Shown here: piece after piece, positions 53,189 to 63,713 of the stretch
Position numbering within the stretch: the stretch's first letter is position 1
How the letters are laid out: each line of letters opens with the position of its first letter
NCBI GenBank assembly: GCA_964409385.1
Contig: CAYPCY010000003.1
Coordinates: forward strand, 1,885 to 65,884
Length of the DNA stretch: 64,000 bases
Direction of reading: 5' to 3'
Source of the DNA: an uncultured Methanosarcinales archaeon
GTDB lineage: Archaea; Nanobdellota; Nanobdellia; Woesearchaeales; CAYPCY01
Position numbers and translations under genes: made by a program
Notes under the pieces: generated by a model
Database searches by the model: none
Told to the model about the DNA's origin: nothing
Seen by the model: the letters and a program-made list of their open reading frames with translations, nothing else

Positions 53189-55387
53189 CTACCTTATCCT
53201 CAGTAGTAAGTATTTATTTCTGTAAATGTTTTTTCCCTTCACTGTTAACTTGCCATAATAGTTTCCTTTTTTTCCGTTAGGAATGTGAATTCTGACAGTT
53301 TCACTCTTACTTCTGCCAGGTTTTACGTCAAAAGTTCCTGATCTATGCCTTAGTCCCAAATCAGGAATTGAAAAACTTATTGAAATATCTTCCATTTTAG
53401 TATCTGCCGTGTTTTCAAATCTTAATCTTGTAGTTAACAAATCGCCAGCAACAACATCAATAACATTTCCTTGTTGAGCATTTCCTGCAGTAGACAATGA
53501 AAACTTGCTTATTTTGAAATCATTCTTCGCAGACCTGAAAGAAACTTGTTCTTCCTCCTCTTGTTCTTCTGGTTCTTCAATTTCTTCTTCAACAACAGTA
53601 ATTGTTAAAGAGTCAGAACTTGAAAGATTATTAGAATCTGTAATTGTTAAAGTAGCAGTATAATTTCCTGCTTGAGTAAATGAATAATTAATGAAACTCC
53701 CTTCAACAACATCCCCTTCAATACTCCAAACAAAATTATCCAAAGTAGCATTTCCTAAAGCATAACTTTGACTACCGTTTAAGACAAAAACTTCATTAAC
53801 AAGAACATTAATATCATCTCCAGCAATAGCTATAGGATATTCAAAGACCTGTTCTGAAATATTAACTGAAACAATTGTTTCATCAAAATCATTATCCAAA
53901 TCAAAAACTCTTACTTTGAATTCTGTAACTCCCGCATCTACAGAAGTCATTGTTAATAAATTATTATCAAGACTTACTAATAGTTTACTAACATCAACTT
54001 CTAAAACTTCCCAATTAAACTCGTTATCTTCAAGATCAGACGCTTCTAATTCTAAATTAATAGTTTCTCCATAAGTCATATTTATGACTGAAATCTCTTC
54101 AATAATAGGAGGATTGTTCAAAATAGTTAATGAAACCTCTTCCTGACCTCCAGTATCATCAGTAAAGTTAAAAACAAAAGTAAAAACTTGAGATTCTCCA
54201 AAAAACTCGTGAGTTAATGGAATGGTTACTGAATATTCATAATTGCCAATAGAATTTAATTCAATATTACCGCCTGCTAATGGACTAACTAAGTAAGCAG
54301 AACTTACAAGTCCAGAAACTGAATTTCCAGACATGTCTTGAACATCAAAATCAACATACAATGTTTCTCCTCTATAAAATTCATAATCTTCTATGGAAAA
54401 GTCTGCATCATTGTAAATTTTTAAATCAATAATATCATATGTTTCTGGAATAACTTCGAAACTAAAAGAGTCAGAAATTGTTGAAGCATAACCTTCCTCT
54501 GAAGCTTCTGCATGAACAGAAAATGTTCCCAATTCATTCATATTTATATTAACTCCACAAGATCCGCTTATCGAATCAGTAGTACAAGTTCCAAATAATG
54601 AATTATCTGAAAAATAAAATTCCACATTTGATTCTGCAGGAAAACCTTCTGAAACAACATCAACAGAACAAAACTGGCTATGATTTTGAATTACTGTTTC
54701 AAAACAAGAAATTCCAGTAATATTCAAATCAGCAGAAACAGGAACTGTTTTAGTTACTGAATCAGTCTCGCCATTAGGATCTTGAACTGTTAAAGTAACA
54801 AACTTATTTCCTGGAGTTGTATAATAATAAGTTGCAGATTCTTCAGTCGAATCAACAAACCCATCAGAATTAAAATCCCAAGAAAAACTTAAACTATCCC
54901 CATCAGGATCTGAACTAGCACTAGTGAAACTTATCACTTCATAAATTTTAGGACTTACAGGATTGAAAGTAAAATCAGCAACAGGCGCATTATTAGTTTC
55001 ATTATCTTCCTGTTCTTCTTCTTGAACAGTTAATGTAATGAAAGACTGACTACCATCATTTAAAGAATCTTCCGCGCTAAGAATAACATAATAAGTCCCG
55101 ACAGATAAATAAGTCTCTTCTCCAAAAGAATGATTGAAGAATTTACTATTAGTAGTGGTTGTTCCTTCATAAAAATCATATAAACTTTCAGTAGTATCTT
55201 GCTCTATTAAATAAACAGAATAAGTCATTGGAGGACTCATTGTAAATGCATCAGCCAAGAAATTAACTGAATCACCAACATCAATAGTTTTTATTAAAGT
55301 TTGGTCATCCCATTCAATATAAGTAACTATTGCTGAAGCATTCATTACAAGCAATAAACTTAGTAAAATGAATAATAACTTCTTCAT
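53189..55387 (-). CDS. Exported PKD-domain protein
   Basis: Signal peptide MKKLLFILLSLLLVMNASA. PKD signature PVADFTFNP..SFSWDFNSDG..TYYYTTPGNKFVTLTVQD and a second PKD-like module ..NYTATLTITDSNN. Confidence 0.7.
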   Translation of the reverse strand: MKKLLFILLSLLLVMNASAIVTYIEWDDQTLIKTIDVGDSVNFLADAFTMSPPMTYSVYLIEQDTTESLYDFYEGTTTTNSKFFNHSFGEETYLSVGTYYVILSAEDSLNDGSQSFITLTVQEEEQEDNETNNAPVADFTFNPVSPKIYEVISFTSASSDPDGDSLSFSWDFNSDGFVDSTEESATYYYTTPGNKFVTLTVQDPNGETDSVTKTVPVSADLNITGISCFETVIQNHSQFCSVDVVSEGFPAESNVEFYFSDNSLFGTCTTDSISGSCGVNINMNELGTFSVHAEASEEGYASTISDSFSFEVIPETYDIIDLKIYNDADFSIEDYEFYRGETLYVDFDVQDMSGNSVSGLVSSAYLVSPLAGGNIELNSIGNYEYSVTIPLTHEFFGESQVFTFVFNFTDDTGGQEEVSLTILNNPPIIEEISVINMTYGETINLELEASDLEDNEFNWEVLEVDVSKLLVSLDNNLLTMTSVDAGVTEFKVRVFDLDNDFDETIVSVNISEQVFEYPIAIAGDDINVLVNEVFVLNGSQSYALGNATLDNFVWSIEGDVVEGSFINYSFTQAGNYTATLTITDSNNLSSSDSLTITVVEEEIEEPEEQEEEEQVSFRSAKNDFKISKFSLSTAGNAQQGNVIDVVAGDLLTTRLRFENTADTKMEDISISFSIPDLGLRHRSGTFDVKPGRSKSETVRIHIPNGKKGNYYGKLTVKGKNIYRNKYLLLRIR

Positions 55388-56823
55388 TTTTTACCTCTCA
55401 ATAATTTAGATAATGAAATACCGTAAGCAATATCATTATTTTTCAAATTTAGAAGTGCATTTCCTTTAACTTCATAAGTTCCAAACTTTCTTCCCAATCC
55501 AACATTCAAAATATTATTTTGCTCATTAGAATTTTCTATATAAGAATCAGAATTACTAGCCAATACAGTTCCATTTCTACTAATTTCTTCATAAACTTTA
55601 GTAGTTTCTTCAACAAGTTTATTTTCTAAACCAACTCCTAAAAACAAGTTCCAATCCTTCACAGGAATTCCCAAACTAAGAACATGATAATTATTAGAGA
55701 GGTCTGAAGAAACATCCTTAGTTCCATAATTAGTGAAACTTAAACCTTCTTCATTAACTGTTTCTGTAGGATTTTTCTTTCCTAATTTTGAATTTGCAAA
55801 AGAATACTCAAACCAAACAGGACCTACTTTCTTACCAAGAACTAAACCATTTCCATTACCAACCCAATTTAATTGAGTTCCAGGATCATTAATTCTTTGA
55901 TATCCTAAAAACCAGTCTTCATTACTTGGTTTAAATCTTGTTGAATCTTTCTTGTTTTTCTTCAATAAATTCTTAACAAATCTAGAATATTTGTTCATAC
56001 TAGTATCTTTAACAGTTGATTGAAACAAACTATCCAATGAAGTATATGAAGAGTCTGTATCTACTGTTGAATCAACTGGTGCGTAAGAATTCAAAAATCT
56101 TGCAACATCAACTATCTTCTTAGATTCTTCATCATTAAATAATGTAGATGCAGAAAGTAATATTTCATCAGGATTTAAACTTCTTAAACTATCAGAATTA
56201 TTATTTAATGCAGTTCCGTTATAGAACATATCATTAAAGTAAGAATCCATAATATCTAAAGATTCTTTTGAACTGAAATCAGAAATTTCTTTCAAATCCT
56301 TAAATAAAACATCTCCCTTATTATTTCCTCCAAAATATACCGGATCATCAGAAGAAAGCATCATCAGAGTATCTTCAGGAGTAAAATTTACAGATTTGTC
56401 GTTATAACGAACATCAGTAATGTCATTATTACTATTATATACAAAAGAAAAGTTTGAATATCTTACTTCTTCAGGAGTATTATTTAGTTTGAAAACCAAA
56501 GCGCCATATGAGAAAGATTCAAGATTCTTTTTGTTAACAATTCCTAAATCCCTTACTGCTTGAGCCAAAGAAGTTTCTTCTAAAGGCTGCACATAATGAA
56601 TTTTGGACATTTTACTTGAAGTTCCTAAATAAGTTAGTGTTTCGTCTGAAGAATTGAAAATTATATCATCAACTTCATTAGTTAAACTATCTAAAGAATT
56701 CAGGTCTTTAGTTACTTTGTTTCTAAAATCAGTAATACCTTCTAAACTTTCATCAACAGTCTGACCATTTAATGGCATTAAAGAACTTAAAGCTAAAGCT
56801 CCAACAGTTATTGCTTTTTTCAT
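55384..56823 (-). CDS. Exported protein with beta-barrel-like C-terminal domain
   Basis: Signal peptide MKKAITVGALALSSLMPLNG. The C-terminal 190 aa or so shows alternating hydrophobic strands: YHVLSLGIPV, WNLFLGVGLE, ILNVGLGRKFG, YEVKGNALLNL and IAYGISLSKLL. Confidence 0.45.
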   Translation of the reverse strand: MKKAITVGALALSSLMPLNGQTVDESLEGITDFRNKVTKDLNSLDSLTNEVDDIIFNSSDETLTYLGTSSKMSKIHYVQPLEETSLAQAVRDLGIVNKKNLESFSYGALVFKLNNTPEEVRYSNFSFVYNSNNDITDVRYNDKSVNFTPEDTLMMLSSDDPVYFGGNNKGDVLFKDLKEISDFSSKESLDIMDSYFNDMFYNGTALNNNSDSLRSLNPDEILLSASTLFNDEESKKIVDVARFLNSYAPVDSTVDTDSSYTSLDSLFQSTVKDTSMNKYSRFVKNLLKKNKKDSTRFKPSNEDWFLGYQRINDPGTQLNWVGNGNGLVLGKKVGPVWFEYSFANSKLGKKNPTETVNEEGLSFTNYGTKDVSSDLSNNYHVLSLGIPVKDWNLFLGVGLENKLVEETTKVYEEISRNGTVLASNSDSYIENSNEQNNILNVGLGRKFGTYEVKGNALLNLKNNDIAYGISLSKLLRGKK

Positions 56824-57596
56824 TTTTTACCCTCCGAAAATAAATCTTCTAATTTTTCAGTTTCTACAATTTCATATTGAATTTGTTTAGAACCATTATC
56901 AAAAGTGAAATTAACAATTGACAATTCTTGCTGTTCTAATTGTTTTTTAACATTTTTTAATTCATCCCTAGTACTAATATAATTTCTAAGATTCGAATCA
57001 CTTAATTGCTCTACGATAATAGTACTTGCATAGTTTTTATCGTCGTGAGTTATGAACAAATCAAGATGTTCCTTATTTATTTCTGCAGCGTATAAAACAT
57101 CAATTAAATTCATGAAATTTTTATATGCAGGAACATTTTCTTTTATACCATTCTTACCATAAGAAAATTCTATTTTATTATTATCAAAATTCACAATATA
57201 TGCTCTGTTAGAATCATAATTTTCCAAATTAGGAATTTCTATCTTATTTTCTAAAGAATGAAGTTCTGAAATTAAATTAGTTTTTTCATTATTTAATTCA
57301 GATATTGTTTTTTCACGATTATTTAACTTTTGTTTCCAAACCTTTTTCTCACTTGAATAATCTTCCTTCAAATTTTCTAAGAACAAATTTGTTTGATTTA
57401 ATGAGTCAGACAAAACTTCAGTTTGTTCGATATAAGGTCCTAATTTTAATTCGGCAATCTTATCAACACTATTTCTATAAACTAATGAACCTGCAGTCAT
57501 TACAGTCGCTGCACCAGCAAGTGCAATCATTAAATTAAATTTTCTAATTTTGCCCTTCGGCTTTTTGAAATTTAAGTTCTTACTCATTCTTATCAC
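56820..57596 (-). CDS. Membrane-anchored coiled-coil protein
   Basis: Basic N-terminus, TM segment LMIALAGAATVMTAGSLVY, then coiled coil. 4-nt overlap with the downstream gene and 17-nt overlap with the upstream gene. Confidence 0.45.
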   Translation of the reverse strand: MIRMSKNLNFKKPKGKIRKFNLMIALAGAATVMTAGSLVYRNSVDKIAELKLGPYIEQTEVLSDSLNQTNLFLENLKEDYSSEKKVWKQKLNNREKTISELNNEKTNLISELHSLENKIEIPNLENYDSNRAYIVNFDNNKIEFSYGKNGIKENVPAYKNFMNLIDVLYAAEINKEHLDLFITHDDKNYASTIIVEQLSDSNLRNYISTRDELKNVKKQLEQQELSIVNFTFDNGSKQIQYEIVETEKLEDLFSEGKK

Positions 57597-58818
57597 CTAT
57601 TTTTGAAATCACATAATCAGTAATTTCTTGAAATGGATTTTTAGATAAGGATGCTGTCAAACCATCCATACCAGAAAAAGACTCGTTAATTAGAACATAA
57701 GGAACTCCAGTATCTGCAGACTTCCTAATTTCTTTCTTTTCTGGAAGTATTGTAGCATGTATAGAATGATTACTCCCAAAATCATTTCTTATAGAATCCT
57801 TAAATTGTGAAATTAAATCAAGAGCATAATCCTCATCAGAAGTGAAAAAATTCTTTCTAACCTTGTTTAATATCAAAACTGAAGAATACTCTTTAGTTAG
57901 AATATTATTTATTTTATTGTAAACATCAACATTAAGATCTTTAGCCAAGTCATTATTAAGAACATCATTTAAACAATCTGTTTCTAAAGCATCTTTTAAT
58001 AAACCAAAAGTTTGACCATTAACTAAATGACTAATTTCGGAAGTTAATTTATTTAATTCAAATTCCTTATTTCTTTTTACAGCTTCTGAATAAAAATCAT
58101 AAGCATCTTGCATTGCTGCAAAATCAAGACTTGAAACTAGAATTGGAACATCTGCATTACTCCAAACTTCATAAACTAAATTATGAGTTCCACTAGATAA
58201 ATCTCTAACAATGACATCTATATTTTGGTTTGTTAACCATTTATCTTTAAACCTGTGAAATTTTTCTCTAGAACTTGTAGCATAATAATCAGTTCCAGAA
58301 ACAGGAACTTTATTGTTTAAAGAATAATATAATCTTTCTAAATATTTAGAAGGTATAATAAAATTTTCAAAAGGAAACATTTCAATAATTTTACTTGCGC
58401 CTAACCTACTAACATTTTCTTGTTTTGAATACGCCTCGAACAAATCCTTATCTTCAGGAAGTCCCTCTTCTGAAGGACCATAAATTCCTAAATCAATATC
58501 TGCCCGTCTTGGAACATTAGGATTTACAAAATTTTCATCAGAAAGAAGAATTGAATAAGACCTTGACTTTTTTGGTAAAATAGAAACTGCTTGATTTCCA
58601 TAACTTGGATTCCAATCTCCTTCTTCATCAACTAAATGATGACCTCGCATATATTGAGGAATGGTCTCGTCAGATTTGTAATCTCCAATTTCAACACCAG
58701 GATTTTTCTTAAGTTTATTTAATTCCTTAGCTAACAAAGTAGCTAGATTAACAGAAATTGTAGACTTTCCAATTCCCCCCTTATCTGAACTTACAGCAAT
58801 AGTAAATTGTCTATTCAA
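57580..58818 (-). CDS. ParA/MinD-family P-loop ATPase with large insertions
   Basis: Deviant Walker A SSDKGGIGKST and a Walker B-like DVIVRDLSSG; 412 aa; TTG start in the track. Confidence 0.7.
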   Translation of the reverse strand: MNRQFTIAVSSDKGGIGKSTISVNLATLLAKELNKLKKNPGVEIGDYKSDETIPQYMRGHHLVDEEGDWNPSYGNQAVSILPKKSRSYSILLSDENFVNPNVPRRADIDLGIYGPSEEGLPEDKDLFEAYSKQENVSRLGASKIIEMFPFENFIIPSKYLERLYYSLNNKVPVSGTDYYATSSREKFHRFKDKWLTNQNIDVIVRDLSSGTHNLVYEVWSNADVPILVSSLDFAAMQDAYDFYSEAVKRNKEFELNKLTSEISHLVNGQTFGLLKDALETDCLNDVLNNDLAKDLNVDVYNKINNILTKEYSSVLILNKVRKNFFTSDEDYALDLISQFKDSIRNDFGSNHSIHATILPEKKEIRKSADTGVPYVLINESFSGMDGLTASLSKNPFQEITDYVISKIGDKNE

Positions 58819-58919
58819 TATAATCCCCCGGAAATGCCTCTTTTAACCACTAAGAAGTAGAACAATGTTTATAAAGATTTGTCTTTGTAGTAATTATAAA
58901 ATGGTAACAATTAAAAAGA

Positions 58920-60032
58920 CTAGATTAAATTCTTACTTCTCAACTCCTTATCCGCCTCATCAAACAAATCAACAGAATCTTCATTCTCAGCCCAAGAAAC
59001 AAGCTTCTTCAAACCATCCTCAAAAGAAACCAACGGTTTCCAACCAAGCAACTTAAAAGCCTTAGAAATATCAGCATAACAATGTCTAACATCACCCTTC
59101 CTAAACTCCTTAGTAATTCTAGGCCGAATATCAGAACTAAAAATATCAGCAAGAACTAACGCAACATCCTTAATCCTAGTCGGAACACCACTACCAATAT
59201 TAAAAACCTCAAAAGAAACATCAGACTCCAAAACTTTAACAAAAGAATCCACAACATCAGTCACATAAACAAAATCCCTAGTCTGATTACCATCCTCAAA
59301 AACAACAGGCTCATTACCAGACTTCAAACGACTCATAAAAATAGCAGAAACACCAGTATAAGGATTACTCAAAGACTGCCGAGGACCAAAAACATTAAAC
59401 AACCTCAAACAAACAGTATTAATACCATACCTCCTACCAAGCAATAAAGACAAATCCTCCTGAACTTCTTTACTCAAAGAATAAACATTAGAAGGATCAA
59501 AAACAGTCTCTTCATTAGTAGGAACAGGACTCATTTCCTCACCGCAATCCCCACAAACCGGATTCCAAATTCCCTTTTCCACATCAATATCTTCAAAAGT
59601 TCTCAAACCCATCTTAAACTGTCCACAAGAACACTTATACAAACCCTCCCCATAAGAACTCATAGAAGTAGGAATTAAAACCTTCTTAACATCCAATTTC
59701 TCATTAACAATAATATCATACAAATTAGAAATCCCCATAACATTAGCACTCATATAATGAGAAACCTTATACATACTCTGACCAATACCAACAGCAGAAG
59801 CCAAGTGAAAAACAAACTCCTTACCAATTAAAACCTTCTTAAAATCATCATAATTAGAAACATCACCAAAAACAAATTCTGCATCAGGATTCAAATAATC
59901 AGGCTTCTTACCATTATGAACCTGCTCCTCCAAATTATCAAAAATAGTAACTTCATGACCTAACTCAATAAGCTTATCAACAAGAAACCCACCAATAAAT
60001 CCAGCACCCCCAGTAACTAAAATTTTACTCAT
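58920..60032 (-). CDS. NAD-dependent sugar epimerase/dehydratase (SDR) with inserted zinc ribbon
   Basis: Rossmann motif VTGGAGFIGG, catalytic YxxxK (YSLSK) and inserted CSCG..CGDC. Confidence 0.8.
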   Translation of the reverse strand: MSKILVTGGAGFIGGFLVDKLIELGHEVTIFDNLEEQVHNGKKPDYLNPDAEFVFGDVSNYDDFKKVLIGKEFVFHLASAVGIGQSMYKVSHYMSANVMGISNLYDIIVNEKLDVKKVLIPTSMSSYGEGLYKCSCGQFKMGLRTFEDIDVEKGIWNPVCGDCGEEMSPVPTNEETVFDPSNVYSLSKEVQEDLSLLLGRRYGINTVCLRLFNVFGPRQSLSNPYTGVSAIFMSRLKSGNEPVVFEDGNQTRDFVYVTDVVDSFVKVLESDVSFEVFNIGSGVPTRIKDVALVLADIFSSDIRPRITKEFRKGDVRHCYADISKAFKLLGWKPLVSFEDGLKKLVSWAENEDSVDLFDEADKELRSKNLI

Positions 60033-61197
60033 TCTTCACAGCCTCACAAATTTCAGTCAGAATCATATCAATATCATACTCATAATCCCAACCCGGATAA
60101 TGCTTCTTAAATTTTGACATGTCAGAAACATACCAAATATGATCTCCAGTCCTATTAATATCAGAAAATTCAATATTTCCCTTCCTACCAAAATAATTCT
60201 CAATCCAGTCTATAGATTCTATCATAGAAATATTAGAATATCTACCACCACCCAAATTATAAATTTCTCCAGGCCTAGGATTATTAGCAAAAGCATCAAA
60301 AACATTCAAAACATCACTAGCATGAATATTATCCCTAACCTGCTTCCCTTTATAACCATTAACAACATACTTCTCACCAGAATAAATACACTTAACAAGA
60401 TAAACAAGAAACCCATGAAGCCTAGTTCCCGCATGAGCAGGACCAGTCAAACAACCACCCCTAAACACGCCCGTTTTCAAAACTTTCCCGCCAGCAATTT
60501 CTGAATTTCTACCATACTCTGCAACTAAAGATTCCGCACCTAGTTTATCAACACCAAACAAACTCCTAACTGGAGGAGTCAAGTCAGTAAATAAACTCTT
60601 CAAATAAGAATCATCAGGATTATTAATATCTAAAGGCACATCTTCAGGAATACCATTCCAATAATCATGCCCCTTATCAAGCTCCCACCTCGTATCCTGC
60701 TCAACAAGCCTTAACTTATTAGGCATATCACCATAAACCTTATTAGTAGAAGTGTAAATAAAAACAGCATCAGAACAATACTTCTTAGTAGCCTCTAACA
60801 AAACCAAAGTGCCCATTTGATTAACAGTAAAATCAGTCATAGGACCAGAGGAATCCAAAATCTTAGACAAACCATTCTTATCCTTCTCCAAAATTTCATC
60901 AACAGCAGGCCAATCATGAGAAGGCTGAGCAGCAGCATGAATAATTAAATCAAAATTATTCTCTTTAAAGATCTTACTAACACTCTCCTCATCACGAATA
61001 TCAACAGAATGATGAACATAATTATCAAAAGACTCTAACTCATCAAGCATAGGCTTTGTTGAAGCGCCTTCATCATGAAAAAATTTAAGCCTCATATCAT
61101 TATCAACACCAACAACCCTAGAACCTTTAGAAGCATAAAACTTCACCGCCTCACTACCAATCAAACCACAAGAGCCAGTAACTAAAACATTCTTCAT
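60025..61197 (-). CDS. NAD-dependent epimerase/dehydratase (CDP-paratose 2-epimerase-like)
   Basis: VTGSCGLIGS Rossmann motif, YTSTNKVYG and a C-terminal RTGDHIWYVSD pattern; 390 aa. Confidence 0.75.
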   Translation of the reverse strand: MKNVLVTGSCGLIGSEAVKFYASKGSRVVGVDNDMRLKFFHDEGASTKPMLDELESFDNYVHHSVDIRDEESVSKIFKENNFDLIIHAAAQPSHDWPAVDEILEKDKNGLSKILDSSGPMTDFTVNQMGTLVLLEATKKYCSDAVFIYTSTNKVYGDMPNKLRLVEQDTRWELDKGHDYWNGIPEDVPLDINNPDDSYLKSLFTDLTPPVRSLFGVDKLGAESLVAEYGRNSEIAGGKVLKTGVFRGGCLTGPAHAGTRLHGFLVYLVKCIYSGEKYVVNGYKGKQVRDNIHASDVLNVFDAFANNPRPGEIYNLGGGRYSNISMIESIDWIENYFGRKGNIEFSDINRTGDHIWYVSDMSKFKKHYPGWDYEYDIDMILTEICEAVKNE

Positions 61198-61218
61198 GAA
61201 ATAAAGAACAAGAAAGAA

Positions 61219-61944
61219 TTATTTAAATTTAACCACTCCCAATCTGTAAGGAAGAAATTTGAAAACAATAAATAAATATTTAGACATTAGAAAAAACAAT
61301 TTAAACTTTGAAACCCCCACTTCACGACCAATCCACCTGACAGGAGTTTGCCTGAACTTTTCTCCCTTAACCAAAGCAAGAAGAGAAATCTCCGCAGTCA
61401 ATTCAAACCCTTCCGACTTAAACTTATAACCTTTAATCAAATCCGACTTAATTAATTGGAAAGCATTAGTCAAATCATTAAACCTAGTGAAAAACAAGAA
61501 AGAAATTAAATTATTACCCAAACGATTAACAAACAATTTCAACTTAGGATAATTAGAAATTTCTCTTTTAATAAAACGATTAGTAAAAACAGCATCAAAA
61601 CCACCCTCAGACAAATTAACCATCCTAGACAAATCCTTAGGATCATCAGAAGCATCAGCCATAACCAAAGAAAAATACTTAGAATCTAACTTCTTCAAAC
61701 CAGCACGAACAGCATTACCAAAACCATTATTTCTCTTCCTTAATACAGGAATAATCAAAGAACCATATTTCCTAACCAACAAATTAATTTCTTCCCGAGT
61801 CCCATCAATACTACAATCATTAACAACAATTAATTTAAAAGAAACCCTTGTTTTTTTTAATTCAGTAATCAAAGCATCCGCACAACTAAATAAATTTCCT
61901 TCTTCATTATGTGCTGGAATTATAACATTCAAATAACTACTCAT
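61219..61944 (-). CDS. Family 2 glycosyltransferase (dolichyl-phosphate sugar synthase-like)
   Basis: IIPAHNEE, VVNDCSIDGT and MADASDDP (DxD-type) motifs. Confidence 0.8.
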   Translation of the reverse strand: MSSYLNVIIPAHNEEGNLFSCADALITELKKTRVSFKLIVVNDCSIDGTREEINLLVRKYGSLIIPVLRKRNNGFGNAVRAGLKKLDSKYFSLVMADASDDPKDLSRMVNLSEGGFDAVFTNRFIKREISNYPKLKLFVNRLGNNLISFLFFTRFNDLTNAFQLIKSDLIKGYKFKSEGFELTAEISLLALVKGEKFRQTPVRWIGREVGVSKFKLFFLMSKYLFIVFKFLPYRLGVVKFK

Positions 61945-61946
61945 CT

Positions 61947-63713
61947 TTATCCACTCTTATTATATCTAAACAAATAAGCATAAGTATTACCATTAACAAA
62001 GAAAATATTCTCTTGATAAAATAACTCATCAAAGTTTAATGACATGTTTTGAGGAGGAATAATGAGCATCTCAGTAACAAAACCCTTCTCAATAGTCTGT
62101 GCAGGATCTAAAGTGGTTAATTGCTTAACATACAAAATATTATTCTCAATTAATTCTTTCTCAAATTCAGGAGATGTCTTGACAGGATAATTCATAAAAT
62201 ACTGATCCAAGTACAAATACTTAATAGAATAATTATCTAACAACTCCTTTTGCAAAGTAATATTATTAGAATACCAAATCAAAACAGCATCCTTAATTCT
62301 CTCATTAATATCAACAAAATAACTAGCATGAGTTCGTCTAGTAATCATAACCTTCTTCCCAGATAATGCTTGTAAACCAAAAGAAGTCTCATCATTAGCC
62401 AATATTGCCTTGTCATTAGGTAAATTCGTCTTAAAATAATCCCCAATATTGTGCAATTCAGTCATATCTGCCTTAGTACCATGCTCAAACCAGCGACCCT
62501 CTCTAACATTCCCATAACTAACAACTAAATTACTCAACACCAAAATAAAAACAAGCAAGTAACTAAACTTAACAAATTGTTTAGAAAATTTCTTCACAAT
62601 TAAATAAACACCAATAATTCCAAAAGCAAAAAATATTGGCTTGAAAAAAACAAAATAATTCAACTTAGGAACGAACACCCAAAAAGCAAACAAAGGCCTA
62701 GTAATCTGATGATGCTGCAAAATAACCAAATTAGTAAAGAAAAAACTCAATAAAATTTTAGATTCTTTCCTCTTAAAATTCATAATTAATAATATAAAAC
62801 CGACAACAACAAATAAAGAAATAAGAACATTTACAAAAGATGAAAAATTAAAGAAAAAATTCTTCAAAGAAGTCAATAACCAACCAAAACCTAAATGAGT
62901 AATATAAGTATCACCATATTGCATTACCGGATTAGGACGAGAACTCCCATAACGAAAAAACAAAGGCAAAAAATAAATTAAAGAAACTAAAATTGCAGAA
63001 GCGAACAAGGAATAATACTTTTTAATATAAATCCAAACACCATTGAATCCATTCTTCTTCAAATTAGAAAAATAATCAAACAACAAATAAACTCCGAAGA
63101 ACGCCAAACCAATCAAAAACTTAGAACCATGAACTAACGAAGTCAACCCCAAAAAAACACCAGAATAAAGCAAATTTCTAACATGCTGATGTTTCAGCTC
63201 ATACTTCAGAAAAAAATAAATAGAAGCTGGAAGAAAAACAAACTCACCAAAACGAGTTCCCTTCGAACCAATAAACACAATACTAGAAATTATAAAAAAC
63301 AAATACAAAAACTTCACATACAACTCTTTCTTAAACAACAAATCAGCAAGTTTATAATGAATAAACAACATCAAAGAAGTAGTTAATAAAGGAAAGAAAA
63401 TCATCAACTTATCAACATTAAAAGATAAAAATTTGGCAAGAAAGCCTAAAACTGCAAAGTACAACCAAGGATAATACTGCAACTCACCAAGATAATAGCC
63501 ATCCTCCCAAGGCATGAACCCTTGAACAACACTCTCAATAAACCCCCTATCCCTATAAAAATCGCCGCCATAAACAGGCCCGTTAAGACTAGTCAAAGAA
63601 ACCATTAAAGAAAATTGAATAATCAGATAAGCAATCAACAACAAAACAAACAAAGATTTATAATTCCAAAATTTAGAAAAGTCAACCTTAAAATCTTCAC
63701 TCATCAAAAACAA
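61947..63713 (-). CDS. Polytopic GT-C-type glycosyltransferase (ArnT/PMT-like)
   Basis: More than ten TM helices, an N-terminal loop with an acidic motif, and a soluble C-terminal domain; 588 aa. Confidence 0.5.
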   Translation of the reverse strand: MFLMSEDFKVDFSKFWNYKSLFVLLLIAYLIIQFSLMVSLTSLNGPVYGGDFYRDRGFIESVVQGFMPWEDGYYLGELQYYPWLYFAVLGFLAKFLSFNVDKLMIFFPLLTTSLMLFIHYKLADLLFKKELYVKFLYLFFIISSIVFIGSKGTRFGEFVFLPASIYFFLKYELKHQHVRNLLYSGVFLGLTSLVHGSKFLIGLAFFGVYLLFDYFSNLKKNGFNGVWIYIKKYYSLFASAILVSLIYFLPLFFRYGSSRPNPVMQYGDTYITHLGFGWLLTSLKNFFFNFSSFVNVLISLFVVVGFILLIMNFKRKESKILLSFFFTNLVILQHHQITRPLFAFWVFVPKLNYFVFFKPIFFAFGIIGVYLIVKKFSKQFVKFSYLLVFILVLSNLVVSYGNVREGRWFEHGTKADMTELHNIGDYFKTNLPNDKAILANDETSFGLQALSGKKVMITRRTHASYFVDINERIKDAVLIWYSNNITLQKELLDNYSIKYLYLDQYFMNYPVKTSPEFEKELIENNILYVKQLTTLDPAQTIEKGFVTEMLIIPPQNMSLNFDELFYQENIFFVNGNTYAYLFRYNKSG

